Below, piece after piece: positions 9,536-17,386 of a DNA stretch of 64,000 bases; within the stretch, counting starts at the first letter, position 1, and each line of letters opens with the position of its first letter. Under the pieces are notes generated by a model, which saw only the letters and a list, made by a program, of their open reading frames with translations, searched no databases and was not told where the DNA came from. The DNA comes from an uncultured Thermoplasmata archaeon (lineage in GTDB: Archaea; Thermoplasmatota; Thermoplasmata; Lutacidiplasmatales; UBA184), in the NCBI GenBank assembly GCA_963696985.1, contig CAVOMG010000001.1, positions 372,737 to 436,736 on the forward strand, read 5' to 3'. Made by a program: the position numbers and the translations under genes.

Positions 9536-9904
9536 ATGGCGGACACGTCGGAACGGGTGACGGTCAGGATCCCCCAGGAATTGTTGGAGCGACTGAAGTC
9601 GATCCAGCAATCGAAGGGGGTCGCGACGATCTCGGACACGATACGGGAAGGCCTCGAACGGTACGTCGAGGTGAATCTTCCGCCTCCGAACATCCGTAAG
9701 GTCGTCGTCGACCTCTCCCGACAGGACAACCGCCAGCTCGAGGAGTTCGTCCGGGACGGGAACTCCGTGAGCGTCGACGACGCCGTGCGCTCCGCGGTCC
9801 GGGAGTTCATCCGGAGCCGGGTCGACCAGGCGGCGACGGCCACGTCGAGGGCCCGCCGGGACGGTGAACCTGTCGCGGCCTCGGAGGGCTCGCCCCCGTC
9901 GTAG
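9536..9904 (+). CDS. Tandem ribbon-helix-helix (CopG/Arc/MetJ-type) DNA-binding protein
   Basis: Two RHH-like units: RVTVRIPQELLERLKSIQQSKGVATISDTIREGLERYV and RKVVVDLSRQDNRQLEEFVRDGNSVSVDDAVRSAVREFI. Each has a beta-strand with alternating polar and hydrophobic residues followed by two helices. Confidence 0.65.
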   Translation: MADTSERVTVRIPQELLERLKSIQQSKGVATISDTIREGLERYVEVNLPPPNIRKVVVDLSRQDNRQLEEFVRDGNSVSVDDAVRSAVREFIRSRVDQAATATSRARRDGEPVAASEGSPPS

Positions 9905-9923
9905 GTCGGTCGGGGGCGGTCCG

Positions 9924-10940
9924 ATGGAACCGGATTCGATCGAGGCCTGGGCCGAGCGGTCGGGCGAGGGCGGATTCGCCCTGGTCGGGCTGGGCGGGGC
10001 CGGGGGCGAGGCCGTGCAGGACCTCGTGGGTCTCGGCCTCCTCAAGATCCGGACGGTCGCGATCAACACTGATGCCCGCCAGCTCCTGAAGATCCCCATC
10101 GAGGAACGGATCCTGATCGGCGAGCGGCGGATGCGGGGTCGTGGGAGTGGGGGGAACCGCCCGGCGGTGCTCGAGGCGGCCGAGGAGAGCCGCGAGGAGA
10201 TTGTCCGGAGGCTTTCGAAGTACGAGGTCGTCTTCCTGCTTGCCGGCCTCGGCGGGGGCACCGGGAGCGCTCTCCTCCCCTACCTCACGGCCGAGCTCCG
10301 CCGGACCGAGACCCTGCCCGTCCCGGTCGCCTTCCTGCCCTTCCGCGTCGAGCTCGACACGAACTCGAACCGGCGGGAGAACGTTCACGCGGCCCTCGAT
10401 GAGCTCGAGTCCCTCGGGGGCCTGTTGCTCGCGCTCTCGAACGAGAAGCTCCGGCGTTTCGAGGCGCTCCCGCTCCACCGGGTCTTCCAGGTCCGCAACG
10501 CCTACGTCCACGCCCTCGTCCAAAGTCTCGTCGATATGGTCGAGCATCCCTCCCAGCTCAATGTCGACCTCGCGAGCCTCAAGGGCCACCTCGCCGGTTC
10601 CGGCCTTTCGACGCTCCTGTGCGGGGAGTACCACATCTCGGATCCCGAGCGCCTCGTCGAGCAGGCGCTCACCGAGGGTCTCCTCGATTTCGCCCTGGAC
10701 TCCGACCCGTCGGCGCTCCTCCACCTCGACGGGGGCTCGAACCTCACGCTCCGCACGCTCGACCGGGTCGTCCAGTCGTTGCGGCGGCGGCTCGGCCAAC
10801 CGAAGCGCTTCCTCCTCGGCACCCGGATCCGCTCGGAACCCCGGGAGGTCGTCCACCTGACCGCGGTGGTCGGGGGCCTGAAGGCTCGCACGATGCAGGA
10901 AGCGCTCGGGGAAGCCCCCGGGATCGCCCCGCTACGCTGA
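9924..10940 (+). CDS. Divergent FtsZ/tubulin-superfamily GTPase (FtsZ paralog)
   Basis: All FtsZ landmark motifs are present in order: GLGGAGGEAV (T1), AINTDARQL (NTD), RGRGSGGNRPAV (T4-like), AGLGGGTGSA (tubulin signature), PFRVE and QLNVDLASL (T7 NxDxxD-like). I prefer ATG 9924, 20 nt after the RHH stop, over GTG 9864. Confidence 0.75.
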   Translation: MEPDSIEAWAERSGEGGFALVGLGGAGGEAVQDLVGLGLLKIRTVAINTDARQLLKIPIEERILIGERRMRGRGSGGNRPAVLEAAEESREEIVRRLSKYEVVFLLAGLGGGTGSALLPYLTAELRRTETLPVPVAFLPFRVELDTNSNRRENVHAALDELESLGGLLLALSNEKLRRFEALPLHRVFQVRNAYVHALVQSLVDMVEHPSQLNVDLASLKGHLAGSGLSTLLCGEYHISDPERLVEQALTEGLLDFALDSDPSALLHLDGGSNLTLRTLDRVVQSLRRRLGQPKRFLLGTRIRSEPREVVHLTAVVGGLKARTMQEALGEAPGIAPLR

Positions 10941-11567
10941 GCCCGTGGGGGCCGGGCCGGCCGAGGTTCCGGCCGCCCGCCGGTCCGCCTCGTGGTTCAA
11001 GACGTCAAGGCATTGGGAAGAGCGCATCGACCGGTTCCCGAGCGAGATCCTCGGCACGCCGGTCGCCCGGAGGGTCTCGGCCTCCTCCGGAGTCGGGTCG
11101 GTCGGGTCCGAGAGGATCGCCGAGAACCCCGCGTCGATCAAGGGCGACCCCCGATAGTCCTCGCCCTCCTCGGTGAGCCAGAACGCCGCGGGCAGACCCG
11201 CGAACGATCGCAGCGCGGCCAGGGGATCGACGGGGCCGACGCGCAGGCCCGGGGAGACCTCCATATCGTGCTCGACCGGGATCGAACGGACGAGGGCGTT
11301 CTTGAGAAGGGCGGCCGTTGAGCGCTCGTCGGGGTTCAGGAACTTGAGGCGGTTCCCGATCACCTCGATCCGTCGAGCTTTCGGGGGCGGTTCGGCGACG
11401 AAGAGGATCGTCATCTCGGCATCGGTCCGAAGGGCGTTCGAGAGCGTGAACGCGGTCGAGACGCACCGGGCGATCTCGTCCATCCGCCCGGCCCCGCCGG
11501 CAAGGTCGTTCAGGGTGAAGGCGCCCGAGACCGGGACCCGGTGGGCGATGAGGAGCGTCCGACGCAC
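10932..11567 (-). CDS. trmY: tRNA (pseudouridine54-N1)-methyltransferase TrmY (DUF358, SPOUT)
   Basis: MRRTLLIAHRVPVSGAFTLNDLAGGAGRMDEIARCVSTAFTLSNALRTD...LNPDERSTAALLKNAL...ILSDPTDPTPEE...ISLGNRSMRSSQCLDVLNHE matches the TrmY block structure as I recall it from the Methanocaldococcus protein. Confidence 0.75.
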   Translation of the reverse strand: MRRTLLIAHRVPVSGAFTLNDLAGGAGRMDEIARCVSTAFTLSNALRTDAEMTILFVAEPPPKARRIEVIGNRLKFLNPDERSTAALLKNALVRSIPVEHDMEVSPGLRVGPVDPLAALRSFAGLPAAFWLTEEGEDYRGSPLIDAGFSAILSDPTDPTPEEAETLRATGVPRISLGNRSMRSSQCLDVLNHEADRRAAGTSAGPAPTGSA

Positions 11568-11590
11568 GAAGCCCCCAACGGCGTGGGGGC

Positions 11591-12289
11591 TTACCCTTGG
11601 CGAGCGCCGAAGGGGGTCCTAGGCCTTCGCCTTGGGGCCCTTCGGGGCCTTCGCCCGGGTGGGGCGCAGGGGGCTGTGCTTCGCGGCGATGGCGGTGGGG
11701 GCCTCGGGCCCGCCGGGGCCGACGCCCGCTCGAGCCAGATCTCGTCGCCGAGCTCGTGGTACACTGCGTGGGCCGCGAGCCCGGTTCCGGTCTCTCCGTG
11801 GGGGAGCCGGAACGCGCCCGACCGGGCGGCGTTCGAGGAGTAGACGATGTCGGCCTCTCCGGAGGCCTTGAGCGCCTCGGTCTCCTCCTTCGCCAGGTCG
11901 AAGATCCGGTCCTTCCGGAACATCCAGTAGTGGATCCGCCATTCCCGGCCGTCGTAGAGGGTCGTCTCGTCCCGCTCGGTCTCGAGGATGCCGGTATCCT
12001 CGAGCATGTAGAACGTGTCGCGGTCGTCCGGTTCGAGGACGTTGTCGATGATCCGCTCGTTGAAGCCAAAGAAGTTGAGCACGTGGGCCGCGATCGACCG
12101 GGCGTCCTCCGAGCGCATCCCGTCGTGGCCCACCGAGCGCCGGATCGCCTTCGCGAGGGAGTCATGGTCGACCGGCCCCGCGATCTGAAGGACCGGGTCG
12201 TCGGGGATCCCGGACCGGGTGGTCCGCATGTCCTCCGCGCTCCGGAGCGGAACGGGGTTGCGCAGCGTGTAGGGCCGGTCTGGTGCCAC
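11591..12289 (-). CDS. Conserved archaeal hypothetical protein. The C-terminus probably changes frame near 11697-11712 and would then end at 11619
   Basis: The 232-aa ORF has good GC3 until about ...GDEIWLERA. After that the listed frame turns R/P-rich with poor GC3. The frame of ORF 11619..11942 instead gives EAPTAIAAKHSPLRPTRAKAPKGPKAKA with all-G/C third positions. GTG start at 12289. Confidence 0.5.
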   Translation of the reverse strand: MAPDRPYTLRNPVPLRSAEDMRTTRSGIPDDPVLQIAGPVDHDSLAKAIRRSVGHDGMRSEDARSIAAHVLNFFGFNERIIDNVLEPDDRDTFYMLEDTGILETERDETTLYDGREWRIHYWMFRKDRIFDLAKEETEALKASGEADIVYSSNAARSGAFRLPHGETGTGLAAHAVYHELGDEIWLERASAPAGPRPPPPSPRSTAPCAPPGRRPRRAPRRRPRTPFGARQG

Positions 12290-12340
12290 CGATGGACGCT
12301 CCGAGCTTGCGGGTCATGGGTATGAAATCGCTCGGGTCGC

Positions 12341-12348
12341 TATATATA
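12341..12348 (-). promoter_or_regulatory. TATATATA element, candidate TATA box for the gene starting at 12289
   Basis: One of the few AT-only octamers seen in the window, about 52 nt upstream of the GTG start. It is adjacent to a T7/A7 run (12358-12364). Confidence 0.35.
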
Positions 12349-12454
12349 CCTTGGTAATTTTTTTGGCCTCGAACGGCCCGTGCGCAGGGTCCGTTTCGGC
12401 TTGTCCGACGGAGCGTTCACCGACCGCTCGTTCCGGCTGACGGGAGGGGGTTCC

Positions 12455-13027
12455 TCACCGGACTCGGGGGGGCCTCTCGACCGCCTCCAAACGGGGCGAC
12501 CACTCCTCGCGCTCGACGCGATGCTCGAGCTCGCCAAGCATCCGAAGATCGAAAGGGAGGGGGAGGATCGAGCGGGCGAGGTAGACATGGGCCATCCGGC
12601 CGGACGACGGACCGTTCCACGGCTTCTCGAGACGCTCCCGGCCCCGGTATTCGTAGTACTCCGGGGCGGGGACGAACCACAGGAGGCCATCGTCGGTGGA
12701 TCGGGCCAGTTTCGGCCCCCGGGGGATCACCTGGACCCCGAGGTGCTGGATGACGGCGAGGGGTAGGTTGTGCAGGAGCTTCGCGGTCGGTCGAGCCGTC
12801 GCGAGGTAGCGGTTCCGGACGATCTCGATCGGGAGGATCTCCCGGGCCCCGTAAGCCGAAACGACCCGGACCACCCCGGGGCCCCTCGAAAGGTAGGCGA
12901 GGCCGTGCCCGGCGGAGCTGCGGCCCGCGGTCTCCGACGCCTCGTACCCGAGGAGGTCGGCGACCTCGTTCGGGAGCTGGAGGGTGAGCCAGGTCGGGTG
13001 GACCGACTTGAGCGCGATGTACTCCAT
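12455..13027 (-). CDS. Hypothetical protein (190 aa)
   Basis: Single long ORF with coding-like GC3. I recognise no motif. An ATTAGA-AA-TCTAAT palindrome (13043-13056) lies in its upstream region. Confidence 0.45.
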   Translation of the reverse strand: MEYIALKSVHPTWLTLQLPNEVADLLGYEASETAGRSSAGHGLAYLSRGPGVVRVVSAYGAREILPIEIVRNRYLATARPTAKLLHNLPLAVIQHLGVQVIPRGPKLARSTDDGLLWFVPAPEYYEYRGRERLEKPWNGPSSGRMAHVYLARSILPLPFDLRMLGELEHRVEREEWSPRLEAVERPPRVR

Positions 13028-13059
13028 CCGACCGGGGGACGTATTAGAAATCTAATAAA

Positions 13060-13731
13060 CTAGGCGTTCGGGACCGACCGGGGGTGGGCGGCCGCAAGGA
13101 CCGGAACGACCGCCCGGAGGTCGGTCACGTGCAGTGCGGCGTCGGCGGCGCGGTCGACCCCAGGAAGGAGCGCGTTGAGGGCGATCCCGTAACCGATCAG
13201 AGGGAACACGGCCGCGTCGGCGGTCGAGTCCCCCACATGGGCGACCCGGGAGCGTGGAGCCGGGTGCCGTCGAAGGAGTCGCGTGAGGCCCCCAGGCTTG
13301 TCGGCCGAGATCGATCCCGGGGACCCGATGATCCCGTGCGCGACCTCGGGAACGGGCCGGTCCTTCGTCCCGTCCCAATCCTCGAACCCGAACCGCCGGA
13401 CGTACCATTCGCTCACGTACCCGGGGTTGTGGGAGAGGAGCGCGACGGTCGCGCCGAGCGACTTGAGCTCCTGGACGGCCTCCGAGATTCCCGAGAGCTT
13501 TGGAGTCTCCTCCATGAGGGTCTCGACGCGCCCTAGGGAGACCCCGTCTACGAGCTCCAGCAGGTCCCGGAGATGGCGGTCCTCCGATTCCTGACCGGCC
13601 CGGTACGGGGCCTCCGTCGCCCCGTACTGCGCCTCCCGCCCTAGCCGCCGGGCGAAGTACCTCCAGCCGCTCTCGATCGTCAGCGTTCCATCGATATCGA
13701 TCGTGACGAGGTCGAAGGGGAACTTGGTCAC
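13060..13731 (-). CDS. HAD-superfamily hydrolase (subfamily IB / phosphoserine-phosphatase-like)
   Basis: Motif I DLVTIDIDGTLT, motif II VALLSHNPG, and the distal K...GDSTADAAVF (motif III/IV). The GTG start at 13731 overlaps the upstream stop (GTGA). Confidence 0.7.
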   Translation of the reverse strand: MTKFPFDLVTIDIDGTLTIESGWRYFARRLGREAQYGATEAPYRAGQESEDRHLRDLLELVDGVSLGRVETLMEETPKLSGISEAVQELKSLGATVALLSHNPGYVSEWYVRRFGFEDWDGTKDRPVPEVAHGIIGSPGSISADKPGGLTRLLRRHPAPRSRVAHVGDSTADAAVFPLIGYGIALNALLPGVDRAADAALHVTDLRAVVPVLAAAHPRSVPNA

Positions 13732-14117
13732 TGCGCTCCCTCCGGCCCCTTCGACCGCTCCCCGTATCCGACGCCGAGGAGGATCCCGCCGACGAAGAGC
13801 GACAGGAGCGAGCCGGCGAGGTAGGGGAGGTCCTTCACGAGCGGGCCGGTGAGGTCGGGGGCGGCGAGGAGCACGATCCCGGCGAGGATCGTCAGGAAGA
13901 CCCCGACGACGATCTTTCGCTGTCGGGCGATCCGACGGTGGTCTCGGTCCAAGGCCCCCGGATCCGACGCCACATCCGAGGCAGCCGGCCCATCGCATAA
14001 CCGCAACCCCCGAAGAGCCGGCGGGCTGGGAAAGGCCCTATCTGGGGACGACCGGTGCGCCCGGACCGATGCCACGAACCGATCCGAAGCCCCCGGAAAC
14101 CCGGGCGGCCCGAACAC
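13728..14117 (-). CDS. Small membrane protein (two C-terminal TM helices), start uncertain
   Basis: The C-terminal KIVVGVFLTILAGIVLLAAP...LAGSLLSLFVGGILLGVGY is clearly hydrophobic. The N-terminal half of the ORF may not be translated. Confidence 0.35.
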   Translation of the reverse strand: MFGPPGFPGASDRFVASVRAHRSSPDRAFPSPPALRGLRLCDGPAASDVASDPGALDRDHRRIARQRKIVVGVFLTILAGIVLLAAPDLTGPLVKDLPYLAGSLLSLFVGGILLGVGYGERSKGPEGAQ

Positions 14118-14533
14118 CGGGGGAGCTCGCCCGCGAGCGACGCACCCGCGCGCTCGAGGAGCCGCTCGACGTCCGACCCCGATCGGGGAGCCTCAGCGCC
14201 GCGTTCGAGGTCCGCAACCCACGCCGTGCGACCCGGTATTCGGTATTCCTGCCGGAATTCCCCCGGAAGGACGGGGCGATGTGCAATTGCACGGACTTCG
14301 GACGCCGGGGGATCGGCACCTGCAAACACATCGAGTCGGTGCTCCTGTGGATCGACGAGCACCCCTCGGACGGAGGTCCCTCCCCCCGACCGTTCGACGT
14401 CCGCGGGCTTTGGTCGAAGATCGATTCCGCGATCGACCGGGAGGCGGCCCGAGGAAGGGTCGATCCGAGGAGCGTCCGGCGACCGGGGGCGCTCCTCTTC
14501 GAGCGCCTGCGGGCCCCGGAATCGGCCCAATAG
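14069..14533 (+). CDS. SWIM zinc-finger protein
   Basis: CNCTDFGRRGIGTCKH fits the SWIM CxCx(n)CxH signature. 154 aa with acceptable GC3. Confidence 0.55.
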   Translation: MPRTDPKPPETRAARTPGELARERRTRALEEPLDVRPRSGSLSAAFEVRNPRRATRYSVFLPEFPRKDGAMCNCTDFGRRGIGTCKHIESVLLWIDEHPSDGGPSPRPFDVRGLWSKIDSAIDREAARGRVDPRSVRRPGALLFERLRAPESAQ

Positions 14534-14581
14534 GCCCGAAAAGAAGGAAAGGGTTGATCCCCGGGGTCGGGGGTCGAGGTT

Positions 14582-16291
14582 CTAGCTCGACATCCCGGGC
14601 GCGCCCTTGATGGCCCGGACCTTGTAGTACTCGGGGTCCACGATGACCTCGCCGTTGATCCCCATGGTCTCGATGGTCTTCAGGGTGAGGCCGCTCTGGG
14701 ACTTCGCCTTCTGCCAGTCGGGGATCGGGATCGAGAACTTCTTCTCGACCTCCGTCCGGTAGATCGGGCCCGAGTTGTACGAGCAGAACGGGATGATCCG
14801 TCCGTCCGGCACCGAGTAGTGGATATCGCAGCGCATCAGGCGCTGGATATCGTAGTCGTAGGCGTCCTGGAAGTGCATGTTGCCGATGTAGAGCGTCCTC
14901 CAAGTGAACTTCGCGAGCGCCTCCTTGTTCCCCTCGGTGAAGATCGCGGCGATCATCTTCACGCAGTTCTTCTCGTTGAGGCCCTCCGGCGCCTTCGCGA
15001 AGTCGAAGTACTTCGACACGTCGTGGAGCAGCTTCGCCCCCGCGACGGCGGTACGGACCCGGGCGAACCGGGCGTCCCGGTACTTCTCGATCATCGCCTC
15101 GACGTTCTCGAAGAACCCGTCGACGTCCATGAACCGCGGGAGCGGCGTGATCTTCTGTCCGTCCTTCGAGACGAACGCGAACGTCGCGCAGCCGCAGCCG
15201 GGGTGCGTCGTCAGGGTCATCTTCTCCTCGCCGTGGATGATCGAGGCGAGCTCCGAGATCGGAGCGACCGACGGCACCGGGAAGAAGTCCGACTTCTCGA
15301 ACGGCCCCTCCGTGCAGAGGATCCGTACGAGGTCCGACTGGGTGAACCGCATCTGGAAGCGGTCCTTGTCGGGAATCCGCGCCGTGAGCGCGACCGGCTG
15401 GAAGTTGACCCCCCGTACGACGTCCAGGTTGTCGATGGCGAACTTCACCGTCGGCCAGATCTCCTTCTCGTTGAACCCGCCCACGAGGGTCGGGACGAGG
15501 ACCACGGAGAGCGGCTTGTCGGGCTTGCCCGCGGCGAGCTCCTCGGCCGAGGAGTGGGTCTGTCGGGCGGCTTCGATCGCCTTCTGCTTGACCTTCAGGA
15601 GCGGGACCCCCCGGACCTTTCGGTAGATCTCGTCGTCCAGTCCGTCGAACTGTAGGTAGAGCGTGTGCAGACCCGCATTCCGCGACGCCTGGGCGAAGCC
15701 GGGCTCGTTGGCGACCCGGATCCCGTTCGTCGCGACCTGGATCTGCTTGAAGCCCAAGTCCCTCGCCATGCTGCAGGCGTCCAGGAAGAGCGGGGAAAGG
15801 GTCGGTTCGCCGCCCGAGAACTGGACCGCGACCGCGCCCACCGGCTTCTGCTCCCGGAGGGTCTTCAGCATGAAGTGGATCTGCTCGCGGGTCGGCTCGT
15901 AGACGTAGCCGGCGGCGTTGGCGTTGGCGAAGCAGACGGGGCACTTCAGATTGCAGCGGTTCGTGAGGTCCATCAGAGCGAGCCCCGTGTGGGACTTGTG
16001 GTGGCTGCACATCCCGCAGGTCGTCGGGCAGCCCCGGAACTTGTCGTAGTACGGGTTCTCGTACCCGACGCCGTCGTGGGCATAGACCTCCATCCGCAGG
16101 TAGAAGTCGACGTCGTTCGAGATGATGTCCCAGAAGTAGCCGTGCACCCGGCACGTCTTCTCCATGATGACCCGGCCCTCCTTCTCGCGGACGACCGCCG
16201 GGATGACCTTGATGCACTCGGGGCAAACCGAGGCCGTCTTCCTCGGCAGACCCCGCGGGGCCTGGAACTCCTTCATGACTCGCGCCGGCAT
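14582..16291 (-). CDS. tes: Radical SAM enzyme, probable tetraether lipid synthase (Tes / GDGT-MAS family)
   Basis: N-terminal CPEC...C..H rubredoxin/zinc-ribbon-like element, GCPTTCGMCSHH, the radical SAM motif CNLKCPVCFA with GGEPTL, and a long C-terminal domain. Architecture and length (569 aa from ATG 16291) match the Tes family as I recall it. The radical SAM call is secure. The Tes call is an inference. Confidence 0.6.
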   Translation of the reverse strand: MPARVMKEFQAPRGLPRKTASVCPECIKVIPAVVREKEGRVIMEKTCRVHGYFWDIISNDVDFYLRMEVYAHDGVGYENPYYDKFRGCPTTCGMCSHHKSHTGLALMDLTNRCNLKCPVCFANANAAGYVYEPTREQIHFMLKTLREQKPVGAVAVQFSGGEPTLSPLFLDACSMARDLGFKQIQVATNGIRVANEPGFAQASRNAGLHTLYLQFDGLDDEIYRKVRGVPLLKVKQKAIEAARQTHSSAEELAAGKPDKPLSVVLVPTLVGGFNEKEIWPTVKFAIDNLDVVRGVNFQPVALTARIPDKDRFQMRFTQSDLVRILCTEGPFEKSDFFPVPSVAPISELASIIHGEEKMTLTTHPGCGCATFAFVSKDGQKITPLPRFMDVDGFFENVEAMIEKYRDARFARVRTAVAGAKLLHDVSKYFDFAKAPEGLNEKNCVKMIAAIFTEGNKEALAKFTWRTLYIGNMHFQDAYDYDIQRLMRCDIHYSVPDGRIIPFCSYNSGPIYRTEVEKKFSIPIPDWQKAKSQSGLTLKTIETMGINGEVIVDPEYYKVRAIKGAPGMSS

Positions 16292-16494
16292 TTTCCTACT
16301 CCACTTTCCAGCCCGGTCGATCCGAGCCTTGAGCGACCACCAACCACGGCCTACATAACCCATGTGTCGTCTTGGCCGCGACAAAACGGTCGGTCCTTGA
16401 CGAGGCTTCGCACGGACCGGCGCGCGACAAACCGTCGGACGGAGGGCATCTCCACCCCTACTGGGGCCTCGAAGAACCTTAAGCCCCACCCCCC

Positions 16495-17094
16495 ATGGCC
16501 ATCCCAATGGTCAAGAAGCGACCCCAGAAGCGAGCGCGCCGAACCCGCCCGGCCTCCCGCCTCCGCGCTCGACGCGGCCGGGCCGAACCCCACTTCGTGG
16601 GCCGGGAGGGCTCCCCGGTGCTCGACCACTACCCCCCGAAGGACCCGTCCCTGACCGTCCGCGGGCCCCCGTCCCCTCCCTCCCGACCTTCGCCCGGACC
16701 GATCACGATTCCCGGTTCCCCGGCTCCAGCGGCCGCTGCGTCTTCCCCGGCGACGACACCCCTCGCGGCTCCGAGCTCGGCCCCGATCCCGCTGATCTCG
16801 CTCGAGCGGCCGTTCGACATCGACGAGTTCTCCCAGATGCTGGGAGAGACCACCATCCGCATCGAGGTCCCCCGGGAGGACCTCGCCGAGGCCCTCCGGA
16901 GGATCTCCGACTTCATGGGGTTCGGGATCTATGTCTACTCCTTTCGGGTCCGCCCCGCTCCGGAGGAGCTCCTCAAGCGGTTCGTCGTCGAGCTCGAACG
17001 GGTCGATTTCTCGGCCGAGAAGGGCGACTGGGCGTCGTTCGAGGAGAAGGGCCGCTCCGAAAGCCCGTTCGGACCTTCCGGCGGCCGCCGCTAG
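16495..17094 (+). CDS. Hypothetical protein with a basic/Pro-rich N-terminus and a small globular C-terminal domain
   Basis: 199-aa ORF with uniformly high GC3. No motif recognised. Confidence 0.45.
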   Translation: MAIPMVKKRPQKRARRTRPASRLRARRGRAEPHFVGREGSPVLDHYPPKDPSLTVRGPPSPPSRPSPGPITIPGSPAPAAAASSPATTPLAAPSSAPIPLISLERPFDIDEFSQMLGETTIRIEVPREDLAEALRRISDFMGFGIYVYSFRVRPAPEELLKRFVVELERVDFSAEKGDWASFEEKGRSESPFGPSGGRR

Positions 17095-17121
17095 TCGGGG
17101 CGGCCCATAAGTACCTCCCGG

Positions 17122-17367
17122 ATGTCGCCCGCCTCGGGGAGTCAGAACTTGGCCGAGACCGGGGGCACGGATCGCATCCTCGCCGAGATCGGGGCGCTTC
17201 GTCAGGAGCTCGCGGAGCTCCGCAAGGACCAGCAACAGCTCGCGGAGGCCGTCTCCGAACTGACCCGGACGTTCAAGGGCCTCGCCATCCAGCTCGGGGT
17301 CGCCGCCGACCCGTACCAGAAGGGGTCGAAAGACTCGAAGGGCCGCGAGATCCCCGGCTTCGGCTGA
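17122..17367 (+). CDS. Small coiled-coil protein
   Basis: 81 aa. Heptad-like ILAEIGALRQELAELRKDQQQLAEAVSELTRTFKGLAIQLG. Confidence 0.4.
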   Translation: MSPASGSQNLAETGGTDRILAEIGALRQELAELRKDQQQLAEAVSELTRTFKGLAIQLGVAADPYQKGSKDSKGREIPGFG

Positions 17368-17386
17368 GTGGGGACGCGGATCGACG

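Noticed and set aside
9536-10940. Labelling the RHH/FtsZ-like pair outright as a TubR/TubZ plasmid-partition system
   Set aside because: The GTPase carries FtsZ-type motifs (NTD, NVDLASL) rather than features I could tie to TubZ. TubR is a winged-helix protein, not RHH. The context is chromosomal housekeeping. The idea is kept only as an analogy to be tested.
12358-12364. The T7 run as a terminator of a plus-strand small RNA between 12290 and 12365
   Set aside because: No plus-strand promoter, no C/D or H/ACA box motifs and no upstream plus-strand gene were found. The run is more simply part of the AT-rich promoter region (TATATATA at 12341-12348) of the minus-strand gene starting at 12289.
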